A DNA stretch of 64,000 bases from an uncultured Pseudobdellovibrionaceae bacterium (GCA_964611755.1 CAZTBB010000007.1:490-64489), one strand, 5' to 3'; shown: positions 10,694 through 21,516, counted from the first letter of the stretch. A program made the numbers and translations. The notes: a model not told the origin generated them from the letters alone.

Positions 10694-11679
10694 AAATTCA
10701 TTGGTTCTATTTGATCGACGCTATTCACTGTTATCGTGATGGGAAGCCTGTTGGCGATGCGCCCTGCGGCAATATCTTTTGCGGTTTTTGCGCTAGAGGC
10801 TTTGTCAAAATCATCGATTGTGCCAACAACCATGGTTCGTTGCGTATCTTTGAGTTTTTCAAAAACGGCCGGATCGCGTGTTCTTAAAACAGGTGTGAGA
10901 TTGAATTCTTTGCCCGGAATGTTAACACCATCGGTGGCTTCAGGCAGGCAGTCCATATAATACCAACCATCGCTATCCTTTTGTAAATTTGTAGCCGAGC
11001 GCACAAGAGAGGGGCGCACAATAGTTGCAACAGGATGATGTACATTGCTTTTGCGTTGCTTTGCCGCATTTCTAAACAAGGATGAGATATTGGAGTGGAA
11101 GAATTTATCAAATGGTATTCCGAAGGCACCGCTTCTGTTTGGTGGTGATACAACAACTTTTACATTTTTATAGAAATCATTGCCAAAATCGTTGTGGCGA
11201 TAGAGTGTGGCCAGATCTTTGGCTGAGCTGACACCCCATGTTTTTTCGTATTCATTGCGTGTAACTGTCGGGTGGCCATTGACCTGGCGGAAGCGCAGGC
11301 GCAAATTTCCCGGAAGGCGCAGGCTGCTATCCGGTTTCAAATTATTATTAAGATAAACATATTTTTGAACATCACAATTCAGGAAGCCAAAAAGCCTGTT
11401 TTCTGATTTTGCATCCGGCCGATCCCCTTTATTCGGATAAGGGCAACCGGCAGAGCGATCATGAGCGGCATTGGGCATCCGGGCAAAATGCGCAGGGATC
11501 GTTTTGCTGCCAAGTGCAGTATGAGCCGGTCTGTGCATCAATTCAGCCTTGCATCCGGGGTGCGGGCATAAAAGTTGTCCGCCATCGCGCTCTTTATCAT
11601 AGTCTGATGCCGCGACACCTATTTTGGTTTCGCCCGTTGTCGGATCAATTAAATCTGCGTATCCTATTGTAATTGGCAT
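10690..11679 (-). CDS. Hypothetical protein with N-terminal Cys/His zinc-ribbon-like motif
   Basis: 329-aa ORF. '[13 protein letters not shown]...[19 protein letters not shown]' resembles the CxxC...HFAH...C finger seen at the N-terminus of CoiA-like nuclease-family proteins. The rest is unrecognised. Confidence 0.65.
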   Translation of the reverse strand: MPITIGYADLIDPTTGETKIGVAASDYDKERDGGQLLCPHPGCKAELMHRPAHTALGSKTIPAHFARMPNAAHDRSAGCPYPNKGDRPDAKSENRLFGFLNCDVQKYVYLNNNLKPDSSLRLPGNLRLRFRQVNGHPTVTRNEYEKTWGVSSAKDLATLYRHNDFGNDFYKNVKVVVSPPNRSGAFGIPFDKFFHSNISSLFRNAAKQRKSNVHHPVATIVRPSLVRSATNLQKDSDGWYYMDCLPEATDGVNIPGKEFNLTPVLRTRDPAVFEKLKDTQRTMVVGTIDDFDKASSAKTAKDIAAGRIANRLPITITVNSVDQIEPMNF

Positions 11680-11704
11680 GTCACACTCATTGTTCTAAAA
11701 GGTT

Positions 11705-12772
11705 ATGAAAAATATTATGTTTCACGCGCAATGTCAAACTTTTCTGAAATTATCGGTGCTTGTGGTGATGCTCGTCTTTATCTGTCTCCCTGTGGCTTTG
11801 GCTCAGGGGGGTGATGCGCCGCGCTTTGTCTTTCCCGTGAACTGTACGCTTGGGCAGAATTGTTGGACTACAAATTATATAGATGTCGAGCCATCGGAAG
11901 AGAGCGTCCGCGATTTTACATGCGGGCCGCGTAGCTATGAAAATCATCAGGGCACGGATTTCGCGCTGGCCACGATGGCCGATATGAAGGCCGGCGTTGA
12001 CGTCCTGGCGGCGCTGGATGGCGTTGTTTCACGGTTTCGTGACGGCGAGAGCGATAGTATAAAAACGCGCGAACAATTGGATCAAATCCGCGAGGAAAAT
12101 AAAGATTGCGGTAATGGCATTGTTATTGATCATAGCAGCGCAGGTTATGCGGGCTGGCAGACAATCTATTGTCACTTGCGCGGAGGATCGATTCAAGTGG
12201 CGCAGGGACAAAAAGTCAAAGCCGGAGAAAAAATGGCTGAAATTGGCCATTCCGGGTATACGGAGTTCCCCCATCTGCATTTTGGTGTTCTTCGCGATAA
12301 TGTGTTTATCGATCCCTATACCGGATTGGAAAAGGGTGAGGGCTGCGGCAAGGACGGCCAATCAATCTGGGCTGATAAAAATATGGGATACGAACCTGTG
12401 GCGCTATACGGGGCGGGTTTTATGTTTGAAGAGCCGGATTTTGAAGATTTAAAGCGCGGCACGCAGAAACAAGACCTTGAGCCCGGCGAGGTGCCGAAAT
12501 CATTGGTGCTGTGGGCCGGTTTTTACGGATTGCAGAGCAATGATAAAATCACCATGGAGATTAAAGGCCCATCGCAGGATGTGTTTGTTAGCCGTATAAT
12601 CGAGCAGACCGGCAATAAAGCCCGCCAATTTTATTATACAGGCCGGCGTATACACGAAGACAGCCCGCTGCCCGCCGGAACATATACAGGGCGTCTGAAA
12701 ATAGAGCGTCAGAGTGATAATGGCCCGATTATTATAGAGCGTGGCCTAAGTAGGGCGATTGGTCTCGAATAG
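11705..12772 (+). CDS. M23 (LytM) family metallopeptidase, secreted
   Basis: 355 aa. Signal peptide ending 'PVALAQG'. M23 motifs 'HQGTDFA' and 'GHSGYTEFPHLHFGV'. Confidence 0.9.
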   Translation: MKNIMFHAQCQTFLKLSVLVVMLVFICLPVALAQGGDAPRFVFPVNCTLGQNCWTTNYIDVEPSEESVRDFTCGPRSYENHQGTDFALATMADMKAGVDVLAALDGVVSRFRDGESDSIKTREQLDQIREENKDCGNGIVIDHSSAGYAGWQTIYCHLRGGSIQVAQGQKVKAGEKMAEIGHSGYTEFPHLHFGVLRDNVFIDPYTGLEKGEGCGKDGQSIWADKNMGYEPVALYGAGFMFEEPDFEDLKRGTQKQDLEPGEVPKSLVLWAGFYGLQSNDKITMEIKGPSQDVFVSRIIEQTGNKARQFYYTGRRIHEDSPLPAGTYTGRLKIERQSDNGPIIIERGLSRAIGLE

Positions 12773-13550
12773 GGGTTTGTGAGCTCGATAATGGGACAGA
12801 GCTGCGCAAGACGGCGGGATTATCCTGATCACCGAAAGAGATATCGAAGGCTTGAGCCTCATAAATATCTTTTTGCTGATAGCCCTGCGCCTGTAATAAA
12901 TCGGCGATCAATGTGCTATGGGTGAAATAAAGGCGTCGCCCTTCACGCTCGGCCGGTATCCAGCCACTATCATGATGATTGAGTTGTTTTACGCGCAAGG
13001 CAACATCGTCTTGCGTTTCTGTTTGTTGCGGCCACCATTGCTCATAGCGCATGCGCGATAAATCAATGTGATGAATAATACTTAGGGCGCGCTCCAGAGC
13101 CTCTTCATAGGCTGCTTGATTTGGAAATAAATCCATATTGGCATGGAATCCGTCAATCACAGTCTGGGTAAGCCCGTTCGGGCCTTCATCATAAATCCAT
13201 TGAATAAGCGCGGTTTTAGTGCTGCCTTCACAGCGCTGCCCTTCGGTGAAGCTCTCTGATAAGAGTGGTTCCAATATAAGGGTGGCTGTTACATCCCCGC
13301 CGCGATCCTGAATTTGTGCCAAGGCAAAAATAGCTGTCTGGATTGTACGCTTATATGGGCTGGCGCAGACATCTCCGACATAATCCAGCATAGGATGATC
13401 GCCCAAATCTTCGTGTTCACGCTGGCGCAGTACAATGCCTGCCTCTATAGCCTGGCGAGCACCCGTATCGGTGAGTACAGGGTCAATTAATGAGTCTTGC
13501 CCGGCAGGCGCTGTTTGCTTTTCACCGTGGCGAATTAAAATTGCATCCAT
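12732..13550 (-). CDS. Histidine phosphatase (phosphoglycerate mutase-like) family protein
   Basis: 272 aa. N-terminal catalytic 'ILIRHGEK' (RHG motif). Confidence 0.82.
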   Translation of the reverse strand: MDAILIRHGEKQTAPAGQDSLIDPVLTDTGARQAIEAGIVLRQREHEDLGDHPMLDYVGDVCASPYKRTIQTAIFALAQIQDRGGDVTATLILEPLLSESFTEGQRCEGSTKTALIQWIYDEGPNGLTQTVIDGFHANMDLFPNQAAYEEALERALSIIHHIDLSRMRYEQWWPQQTETQDDVALRVKQLNHHDSGWIPAEREGRRLYFTHSTLIADLLQAQGYQQKDIYEAQAFDISFGDQDNPAVLRSSVPLSSSQTPIRDQSPYLGHAL

Positions 13551-13613
13551 ATTATGTATCCTAAACCTGTGTTATATGGAAAATAATATAAAAGCGTATG
13601 AAAATCAATGAAT

Positions 13614-14174
13614 TTATTCGCGTGTCTCTCTTTTACGCCTCAAATAGACGTAAAAAGCGCCGTCCCCGCCATCGGCCGGCTTAGCCGGATAGGCTTTAAG
13701 GACAATATCCCTTAAAGGTGCTTCATTCAGCCAAGAGGGGAGGTTTTGTTTTAAAACGCCGGGCTTGGGCGCGATCCACTCCGCGGAGCTCGCCTTGCCG
13801 CGGCCTTTGCCTGTGATAATAAGAGCGGTCCGCTTTCTGCTCATAAAGGCCTCATTTAATCTATGTGCGAGGGCGCGCTGGGCTTGCTCTCTGTTCATGC
13901 CATGAAGGTCAATCGTAAGGTCGATGCGCATTTGACCGCGCCGCAAACGCTCATCGGTGCGCTTATCTAAATCTTTGGAAAAAGAGCCTTGATGCCTCTG
14001 ACATTCTGTTTGAAGAGACAGGGCCGGCGTATCGCGCCGAGGGGCTTGTGTTTTTTTGCGCGGTGTTTTGGGTGTGCCCTTGTCATCTGTTGTGGGCAGG
14101 TTTCGATCTTTTAACGGCTCAACATCGCGGGTGATGTGATCCCAAAGCGCCTTTTCATCCTCATCATGCGTCAT
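13614..14174 (-). CDS. Smr/MutS2-type small nuclease-domain protein
   Basis: 186 aa. Smr core 'IDLHGMNREQAQRALAHRL...ALIITGKGRG'. Confidence 0.85.
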   Translation of the reverse strand: MTHDEDEKALWDHITRDVEPLKDRNLPTTDDKGTPKTPRKKTQAPRRDTPALSLQTECQRHQGSFSKDLDKRTDERLRRGQMRIDLTIDLHGMNREQAQRALAHRLNEAFMSRKRTALIITGKGRGKASSAEWIAPKPGVLKQNLPSWLNEAPLRDIVLKAYPAKPADGGDGAFYVYLRRKRETRE

Positions 14175-14785
14175 GATTTTTGTGCTCTTTGTGCGAGATA
14201 ATATCCCTTATCATCGGTCATCAGGATTTCAGGCTCGGAGCTGTTGTCTTCGATTTTTTGCCGTAAACGATATATATGGGTTTCCAAAGTATGGGTTTCT
14301 ATATTGTCACCATAGCCCCAGATGGCTTCCAATAACTCTTGGCGCGGTGTAAAAACGGGTCCGGAGCTATAGAGATGTTTTAATATGCGCATCTCAATAT
14401 CTGTAAGCCGGATTGCCTCTTTGTCGGCATGGGTCAGGAAATTTTGTTCCAAATCAAGTTGATAGGGGCCGATTGTAATTACATGATCTTTTGACAAATT
14501 TTTGATTTGATGGACGATGTGGTCAAAAAGCTGGCCGATTTTCATCGGTTTTTCAATTTTCTTGAAATTATGCGGCTTATCCTCGGCCTCACCCTTTGTT
14601 ACCAGAACAAAGGGGATGTCATGCGCATCCGGGGCAAAATTATCAAGCTCACTATGATCACGGAAATCAATTTGAAAAGACGGGCTCATATGAGCGAAAG
14701 CATCCCTGAGCTTATCGCGCATTAAGGCACTTTTCTCAAAAATAATGATATTTTTCTGTTTTATCTCTTTTTCGTCCATGAGCAA
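14171..14785 (-). CDS. OmpR/PhoB-type winged-helix transcriptional regulator with degenerate (pseudo-)receiver domain
   Basis: 204 aa. C-terminal 'IRLTDIEMRILKHLY...FTPRQELLEAIWGYGDNIETHTLETHIYRLRQKIE'. The N-terminal half is receiver-sized but has 'FVLVTKG' where the phospho-Asp strand is expected. ATGA overlap with the Smr gene. Confidence 0.8.
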   Translation of the reverse strand: MLMDEKEIKQKNIIIFEKSALMRDKLRDAFAHMSPSFQIDFRDHSELDNFAPDAHDIPFVLVTKGEAEDKPHNFKKIEKPMKIGQLFDHIVHQIKNLSKDHVITIGPYQLDLEQNFLTHADKEAIRLTDIEMRILKHLYSSGPVFTPRQELLEAIWGYGDNIETHTLETHIYRLRQKIEDNSSEPEILMTDDKGYYLAQRAQKS

Positions 14786-14881
14786 CCTTTACCCCCCTTA
14801 TGATAGCCCGAATAGAGCAAAAACGCATTAGCATGGGTGTATAAAATGGTAAGTGATTGATTTTATGTGATAAAGCGTGTG

Positions 14882-14897
14882 TGGCACATGGTTTGCA
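14882..14897 (+). promoter_or_regulatory. sigma54 (RpoN) -24/-12 promoter, TGGCAC-N5-TTGCA
   Basis: Exact TGGCACatggtTTGCA in the intergenic region, 60 nt upstream of the ATG at 14957 and in the correct orientation. Confidence 0.55.
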
Positions 14898-14956
14898 ATG
14901 ATTTTTGCTTGAAATAATTACTATTAATAATCGTGTAAATTCAGGGTAAGAAAAAG

Positions 14957-15742
14957 ATGTTAGAAGGTTATAATCAGGGCGGTTTCCAGCAAGAGGCACA
15001 GATGCAGGTATCAAGGCCAAAAAAGGTTTTGAGAATGCTCAATCAGAATAGCCGTATGGCCGGATCACAGCCTGTTTGGGAAAAACCCGTCACAGCCCAG
15101 CAAAATGTTGAACAAAGACTTTCCGCCGCCGCTACGGGGCAGTTAAAATCCGACCATAGCTTTGAGACCGCGCTGTCTTATGCCGATGCCAGTGATGTGT
15201 CTTATCACGGTGATCCGGATCACGAATTTGGCATTGGCGATGTGGTTGATATGGTCAATCCTTTGCACCATGTGCCGGTTGTGGGGCATATTTACCGCGA
15301 ATTAACTGGTGATGATATTAAACCAATCGCCCGCATTGTCGGGGGCAGTGTCTTTGGCGGCCCGATTGGCGCAGCGGGAAGCCTTGCCAATGTTATCGTG
15401 CAAGAAGAAACCGGTAAGGATATTACAGAAACCGCGATGGCGGTGGTTATCGGGAATAATTCCCATAAAAACAATGCCTTAGGGCCCGAGCAGCGCTTAA
15501 ATCAGGCGGCGAAGAGCTTCGAGACAGGCACGCCCAGGTTTGAGGATATGAATAGCATTGCCGCTTTTGCTGATTTAAGCCATCAGGGGAGCGCCCGTGC
15601 AATGACAGGCAATATGACGGGCAGCTTGGACGAACGTATTGAAAGAATTGCATTTTTACCACCAAGAGAACCCATTACCGAATTGATAATGAGCGATATG
15701 CAGGCGGTGGAAATGGTACGCCCCAAACTGCGTTACCGTTAA
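14957..15742 (+). CDS. Hypothetical protein
   Basis: 261-aa ORF downstream of the sigma54-type promoter. Gly-rich central block 'IARIVGGSVFGGPIGAAGSLANV'. No family recognised. Confidence 0.68.
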   Translation: MLEGYNQGGFQQEAQMQVSRPKKVLRMLNQNSRMAGSQPVWEKPVTAQQNVEQRLSAAATGQLKSDHSFETALSYADASDVSYHGDPDHEFGIGDVVDMVNPLHHVPVVGHIYRELTGDDIKPIARIVGGSVFGGPIGAAGSLANVIVQEETGKDITETAMAVVIGNNSHKNNALGPEQRLNQAAKSFETGTPRFEDMNSIAAFADLSHQGSARAMTGNMTGSLDERIERIAFLPPREPITELIMSDMQAVEMVRPKLRYR

Positions 15743-15840
15743 TTTCGTCGATTTGCGCATATTTTCCCTAATAAAAACTTGCATTTCCCCATAGAAATAT
15801 GTAAATTACATCTCACATAATAATGAGATAAGTTACGGTA

Positions 15841-18459
15841 ATGGCGGTTTCGGGACAATCAGATATAGTATTACAAGAAGAGCTTCGGGCACAGGCTGCG
15901 GAAAAGGCACGCCAGAATCAGCGCAACCTTGAGGCTTTGCAAGAGATGCTCAGGCGATGGAATGAGGGTTTCAAGACATTCCTGGCCGGCATGATCCAGC
16001 GTCCCATCAAAAATATTCCTGATCAGGCTACCGAAACACTCAGCCAAGCCACGGCTGAAATTACGGCGCGTTCAATAGCGCAGGATAATGAAGCCGATCA
16101 TAAGGATGGTGTTTCTCCGGATAAAGAAGACCAAGAGCAAGCCAAGAGCGGTGACCTGGATAATACAGCCGATAAAGCCGAAGAAAATGCAGATGCCAAA
16201 CCAGCAGAAAAAGCCGGGGCCAAAGATGATAAATCGATCAGCGTGCCGGCCAAGACAGTGCCGCATTCATATAGCTATAGCGGTGGCGGTGCCAGCTATG
16301 CGTCTTCAAGGCCTGTTAACTTTATGCCGAAAATCTCGTTTCCAAGCAAAGAGAGGCGCGCGGAAATTTGGGGCAATCTGAAATCAATAGATTACAAAGA
16401 TCTCGGCTCTAACTTGGCCGCGGGTGCGGGTAGTGCTTTGGCTGTGAAAACAGTCATTGGCGGCACGGCTGCAACGCTTGGTGTGGCGGGCGGTCTAACA
16501 ACCGGTTTTGCCATAGTCGCCGGTGCAGGTGTGGCAGGCGCCTCGGTTGAGGCATTGCGTCAATACAAGGAAGAGATGGAACGCCTCAAGCAAGAGGCGG
16601 GCGGTGAGATCACCTCAGAACAGATATGGGCCTTCCGTATGCAGGCACTGCGCTCGCTGGATAAAAAGGCATGTGCAAAGGCTTTTTGGGATAAATGCGG
16701 TGCCGGTTTCCTGGTTGATGCTGGACGAAAATTTTTCAGCAATTGGAGCGAAAAAGGAATCGGCCATGCTTTGTTTAGTGGCGAGGCATGGAAAGAATAT
16801 GGCTCGATCTTCATGAAAAAAGGAACGGCGCTTGCCGGTGCGGCGATTGGTGTTTCCTTGGCCGATGACTTGCCCGATGCAGCCGATAAAATACTGCGTG
16901 TTGTTGAAGCTCCTGCCCATGCACAGGAAGCTGATCCTTCTTTATTGGAATCGGTGATCGCGCCAGTCGACGTACAAGCGAGTTTGGAAGAAATTACTTC
17001 GGATGCACGTGAGGGCGCCGAGCTTACAGAAATTCATAGGGTTCTGAGTGGCCTGACGCCGGATAATTTTATAACAATGGAGGTTGATGGCATTGAACAA
17101 CAGGTTATTCGCATCGACCAAGATATAGAATCTTTAGTTAGCGATAGGGGGCTCATTCAATCTGGCTCTGCCGGTGCGGTGATCTCGGATGAAGGCACGG
17201 ATGTGTTATCCGCAGAAAATACTCTGGATACCGATGAGTTGGGTCAAGGGACAGAGGATCAAGAGTTGGAGGCAATCGGCGAGGATGGGGTTGATGCTGA
17301 CTCTGATGCTGATACGCTTGGTGCCGAAATCGAAACCGAAATCGAAGGTGAGATAGAATCATCAGAAGAGGTTCTGGCCGAGCCGATTAACACGGATGGC
17401 ATGGCATCATGGCAGATTCACAATCTGGCGGTTGAGACGCTTTGGGATGGTGGGTTGGATACGCTTGAGAATAGAGAAGCGGCCATGCCGTTATTTTTGG
17501 AAGCTGCAGCAAAAGGCAGTGATCTGGCCATACGCGATTTGGGCGATCTCTATGATTGGGGTTATGTTACCGAAGCCCAAATTACAGAGGCTTTGGGTGA
17601 GTATGGCATGACCATGGTCAACCCCGATCCGTCTTTGAATTTGGCGGCGGATTCAGGCTTTGTAAATGACGCAGGATCTGTGCAGCCTCTTGCCAATGAT
17701 AACAATGAAGCAGAGCTAATCGGCGGCCCAAATTATCAAAGTGATGTTGAATCAACATCTGCTGCCTGTGATGATGGCATCGTATCCAATGGGTTTTCGA
17801 CCTATGATTATTGGCACCTTAATCAGTACCTAACGCATAACGAGCTATTCTCACACCCGGAACATGGGATGTATTTCGCCGAGAATTGGTTGAATGCGGA
17901 GAGTGACCCGCAGGCCATTAAAGATATGGCTCAGCGTCTTTTCTGGATGAATGAGCTGGACGGCAATCAAGAAGTGGCCATGGCGTTGTATCGCGAAGCC
18001 GCAGCTTTGGGTAATGAGCAGGCCATCCGTGACATTGAGCAGATTACATCCATGGGGCTGAATGGCTATGTTGATCCGGGCCCGATTGTGCCGTGTGAAG
18101 TGCCCGAGGACGTTGAGGTGCAGAGCCTGACGCAAACCTTTACCGATAATCAAGGCCAGCCTTATGTTGAGGTTGATCCTGAACTCGCCTCCGAGATGCT
18201 GTTCAGGGATCCTGAGATAGTCTTACCGGCTGGCGCTCCTCATACGTTTATTCTAGGCGATACACGCGTTTCATTGCCGCCACCGCCAAATGATGTATAT
18301 GCTAGCGCGTATTGCCGTGACATGCAGATCATTCCACCGGGTGAGACGCAGGCGGTCAATGCATGTTCTTATGCGATTTCTGAATTGGAATTGCCGTTTC
18401 CGGCCAATGATGTGTATGCGAGTGGTGATGAGCCAGCGCTGGCCAATAACTTAAACTAA
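15841..18459 (+). CDS. Large hypothetical protein with Gly/Ala-rich hydrophobic segments, acidic repeats and two Sel1-like repeats
   Basis: 872-aa ORF. '[43 protein letters not shown]' (probable TM hairpin), '[16 protein letters not shown]', Sel1-like '[24 protein letters not shown]' and '[20 protein letters not shown]'. Confidence 0.75.
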   Translation: MAVSGQSDIVLQEELRAQAAEKARQNQRNLEALQEMLRRWNEGFKTFLAGMIQRPIKNIPDQATETLSQATAEITARSIAQDNEADHKDGVSPDKEDQEQAKSGDLDNTADKAEENADAKPAEKAGAKDDKSISVPAKTVPHSYSYSGGGASYASSRPVNFMPKISFPSKERRAEIWGNLKSIDYKDLGSNLAAGAGSALAVKTVIGGTAATLGVAGGLTTGFAIVAGAGVAGASVEALRQYKEEMERLKQEAGGEITSEQIWAFRMQALRSLDKKACAKAFWDKCGAGFLVDAGRKFFSNWSEKGIGHALFSGEAWKEYGSIFMKKGTALAGAAIGVSLADDLPDAADKILRVVEAPAHAQEADPSLLESVIAPVDVQASLEEITSDAREGAELTEIHRVLSGLTPDNFITMEVDGIEQQVIRIDQDIESLVSDRGLIQSGSAGAVISDEGTDVLSAENTLDTDELGQGTEDQELEAIGEDGVDADSDADTLGAEIETEIEGEIESSEEVLAEPINTDGMASWQIHNLAVETLWDGGLDTLENREAAMPLFLEAAAKGSDLAIRDLGDLYDWGYVTEAQITEALGEYGMTMVNPDPSLNLAADSGFVNDAGSVQPLANDNNEAELIGGPNYQSDVESTSAACDDGIVSNGFSTYDYWHLNQYLTHNELFSHPEHGMYFAENWLNAESDPQAIKDMAQRLFWMNELDGNQEVAMALYREAAALGNEQAIRDIEQITSMGLNGYVDPGPIVPCEVPEDVEVQSLTQTFTDNQGQPYVEVDPELASEMLFRDPEIVLPAGAPHTFILGDTRVSLPPPPNDVYASAYCRDMQIIPPGETQAVNACSYAISELELPFPANDVYASGDEPALANNLN

Positions 18460-18810
18460 ATCTTTGACGCTGTTTTTTGCGGGGTCAATCAAGAGAATGC
18501 GCGGTTGATGGGTTTTGGATTCATCCTCGCTAAGTTGGCAAAAGGCACAAATAATCACCAGATCGCCTTCCTGGACAAGGCGCGCCGCCGCACCATTAAC
18601 ACCGATAATGCCACTGCCCCGCTCACCTTCAATTGTATAGGTCGTAAAGCGAGCGCCGTTATTGATATTGAGAACATCGACTTGCTCATAGACAAGAATG
18701 CCCGCTTGATCGAGAAGATCCCGATCAACGGTGATAGAACCCTCATAGTGCAAATCACTTTGCGTAACGCGGGCGCGGTGGATTTTCGCTTTCAGCATTG
18801 TCAAATTCAT
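18451..18810 (-). CDS. panD: Aspartate 1-decarboxylase PanD
   Basis: '[25 protein letters not shown]' with the self-processing Gly-Ser site. Start at the internal ATG ([11 protein letters not shown]), not the 144-aa ORF start. Confidence 0.93.
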   Translation of the reverse strand: MNLTMLKAKIHRARVTQSDLHYEGSITVDRDLLDQAGILVYEQVDVLNINNGARFTTYTIEGERGSGIIGVNGAAARLVQEGDLVIICAFCQLSEDESKTHQPRILLIDPAKNSVKDLV

Positions 18811-18870
18811 GGCACTTATATAAGCAAAGTTACAATAAAAGTCGAGCCCAAAGCGATAAGGAGATATCCG

Positions 18871-19236
18871 ATGAGTTATGATCAAAACAATATTTTTGCC
18901 AAAATTCTGCGCGAGGAAATCCCGTGCAATAAGGCCTATGAAGATGAATATGTATTAGCGTTTCATGATATTGCCCCGCAGGCACCGGTGCATATTCTTG
19001 TGATTCCAAAGGGTGAATATGTATCGATCGCTGATTTTTCAGCCAAGGCATCGGATGCCGAGATTGCAGGTTTTTACCGCGCGGTTTCAAAAATTATTGA
19101 TCAGAATGATTTGGAAGCGGAAGGGTTTCGCACTATTGCCAATACAGGCCTGAACGGTGGGCAGGAAGTACCGCATTTTCATTTGCATATTTTGGGGGGC
19201 ACGGCACTTGGCCCAATGTTGGCCAAGGCCGCTTAG
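18871..19236 (+). CDS. HIT family (histidine triad) protein
   Basis: '[41 protein letters not shown]' and the HIT motif 'HFHLHILGG'. True start at ATG 18871 within the longer 243-aa ORF. Confidence 0.92.
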   Translation: MSYDQNNIFAKILREEIPCNKAYEDEYVLAFHDIAPQAPVHILVIPKGEYVSIADFSAKASDAEIAGFYRAVSKIIDQNDLEAEGFRTIANTGLNGGQEVPHFHLHILGGTALGPMLAKAA

Positions 19237-19281
19237 AAGGTCTCTCCCCAAAGCCCTATTCCGTTCAAACTAATATAGAGT

Positions 19282-19866
19282 TTAATTAACCGGGAACTGT
19301 ACCACGTTGTCTTTGGTGCTGTCCTTGGTTGTTATTGCATTTTTGCGCTGTTCGGCACGTGTATCCTCGATGACTTCAAGGACCGTCTCGGCAACCAGTG
19401 CTTGCGCGGCGCATTGAATTTCCAAGATGCGCGCCATGCGTGCCACCTGTGGGTTGGCTTTTTCCATCAAGCGCATATTCACGCGGATCAATTCGGAAAT
19501 GCCGTTTAAATCATCCGGGATGTTCACAAGAATATCAGCCAGAAAATCTGTGTTGTCATCATCGCTTTGCTCGAGCCAGAGTGATGCATATTCATCCAGA
19601 ACGCGGTCCGCCTCCATGCCCAATACATTTAGTGATATTGATTGCGGCAAGTGATCGAGAATGTCACGGATACTGACGGCGGCCGATAGCAAGGCTGTAT
19701 CCGGATCAAATTCACTATAGAGCGTGTGCAATGCGTATTCCATTTCGGATTTCAATCCTGTTTGGTGTTGCCCGGCAACTTCCAAAATCTCGCGCATCAT
19801 TAATGGCGCTTGTAGTTCCTGTGCAATGCGCTCAATGATTTGTTCGGTTTGAATATCCTGTTTCAT
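19282..19866 (-). CDS. Hypothetical acidic protein
   Basis: 194-aa ORF with no competing ORF. Helical and acidic composition. No motif recognised. Confidence 0.6.
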   Translation of the reverse strand: MKQDIQTEQIIERIAQELQAPLMMREILEVAGQHQTGLKSEMEYALHTLYSEFDPDTALLSAAVSIRDILDHLPQSISLNVLGMEADRVLDEYASLWLEQSDDDNTDFLADILVNIPDDLNGISELIRVNMRLMEKANPQVARMARILEIQCAAQALVAETVLEVIEDTRAEQRKNAITTKDSTKDNVVQFPVN

Positions 19867-20004
19867 TTTTCTTTTCCTTGTTTTTGCTTTTCTCTTAATA
19901 CCTGTCTTAATGGGTATTTATGAATAACAGGTTAATGAAATTAAGAATTTTCGTTGTTTCCGTTTTGTTCTTATGGCATAGAGAAAGGGAAAGAGATACG
20001 CATT

Positions 20005-21516
20005 ATGGTCGCACGCATTAATACAGTGGCTTTTCAGGGCATTGATGTAAAACCTGTTCAGGTCGAGGTGCAGGTGGCCGGCGGCATGCCGGCTTTTACC
20101 ATTGTCGGCCTGCCCGATAAAGCCGTGGCCGAGAGTAAAGAGCGCGTGCGTAGTGCCTTGCATGCTCTGGGCATTGCCCTGCCGCCCAAACGTTTGACCG
20201 TGAATATGGCGCCGGCCGATCTCGCCAAAGAAGGATCGCATTATGATTTGCCGATTGCTCTGGGCTTGCTCGCGGCGATGGATGTCCTCCCGAAGGAAGA
20301 GCTGGAAAATTATCTGGTGCTGGGTGAATTGTCGCTCGATGCCTCTATCCGTGCGGTGAGCGGTGTTTTGCCCGCCGCCATGCATGCCAGTGCCAATGAT
20401 AATCATTTAATATGCCCTGGCGATTGCGGCGGCGAAGCGGCATGGGCTGGTGATGTCTCTATTCTCGCGCCAAGGGACCTCCTCCAGCTGATTAACCATA
20501 TAAAAGGCACGCAAGTGATGAGCCAGCCCGAAGCACGGCTTGGGGATGAGGGCGTTTTGAAAATTCCTGATCTGGCCGATGTGAAAGGGCAGGAAACAGC
20601 CAAGCGTGCCTTGGAAATTACCGCGGCAGGCGGGCATAATTTATTGATGATCGGCCCTCCCGGCTCGGGTAAGTCCATGCTGGCTTCGTGTCTTCCGGGA
20701 ATCCTCCCGCCCCTCAGTCCGCGCGAAGCGCTCGAGGTGTCTATGATCCATTCACTGGCGGGTGCCCTGCCGGAGGGCGGCATTTTGCGCCATCGCCCGT
20801 TTCGGGATCCACATCACTCTGCCTCGCAGCCGGCCTTGATAGGCGGTGGGCAAAAAGTAAAGCCCGGTGAAATATCGCTCGCCCATCATGGGGTTTTATT
20901 TCTGGATGAGCTGCCTGAATTTTCCAGAGGCACTTTAGAGGCGCTCCGTCAGCCGATTGAAACAGGTGAGGCTCTGGTCGCCAGAGCCAATCAACATGTG
21001 CGCTATCCGGCGGATTTTCAACTCATTGCCGCAATGAATCCCTGTCGCTGTGGGCATTTGGGTGATCCTGATCTTGAATGCACTAAAGCGCCGCGTTGCG
21101 GGGCGGATTATCAGGGCAAAATATCAGGCCCGATTCTGGACCGGATTGATTTGCAAGTCGATGTCCCGCCCGTCAGCATCAATGATTTGAATGCTCCTGC
21201 GGGTGAGAGCTCGGCCAGTGTGGCAGCACGTATCGAACATGCGCGCAACCTTCAGGCGCAGCGTTTTGACACTCTGGGCGCAGAGGCGCGCACCAATGCA
21301 CAAGCCAGCGGCGACATTTTAGAGAGCATCACGGCGATGGATAATGATGCCAAAGCATTGATGGATCGTGCGATGGAAGGGGCGAAGCTGTCCGCGCGCG
21401 GTTATTTTCGCATTTTACGCGTGGCACGCACGATTGCCGATCTGGATGGGGAGCCCGATTCTATCAGCAAAGCCCATATCGCCGAAGCGCTCAGTTATCG
21501 GCGCGTTAATTATTAA
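20005..21516 (+). CDS. comM: YifB/ComM family Mg-chelatase-like AAA+ ATPase
   Basis: '[24 protein letters not shown]', '[18 protein letters not shown]', Walker A '[11 protein letters not shown]', Walker B '[11 protein letters not shown]', C-terminal 'HIAEALSYR'. Confidence 0.93.
   Translation: MVARINTVAFQGIDVKPVQVEVQVAGGMPAFTIVGLPDKAVAESKERVRSALHALGIALPPKRLTVNMAPADLAKEGSHYDLPIALGLLAAMDVLPKEELENYLVLGELSLDASIRAVSGVLPAAMHASANDNHLICPGDCGGEAAWAGDVSILAPRDLLQLINHIKGTQVMSQPEARLGDEGVLKIPDLADVKGQETAKRALEITAAGGHNLLMIGPPGSGKSMLASCLPGILPPLSPREALEVSMIHSLAGALPEGGILRHRPFRDPHHSASQPALIGGGQKVKPGEISLAHHGVLFLDELPEFSRGTLEALRQPIETGEALVARANQHVRYPADFQLIAAMNPCRCGHLGDPDLECTKAPRCGADYQGKISGPILDRIDLQVDVPPVSINDLNAPAGESSASVAARIEHARNLQAQRFDTLGAEARTNAQASGDILESITAMDNDAKALMDRAMEGAKLSARGYFRILRVARTIADLDGEPDSISKAHIAEALSYRRVNY

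Noticed and set aside
18505-18870. N-terminal 122-aa extension of the HIT-protein ORF (243-aa ORF starting at 18505)
   Set aside because: The extension is antisense to panD. The HIT homology begins at the ATG at 18871 ([13 protein letters not shown]).
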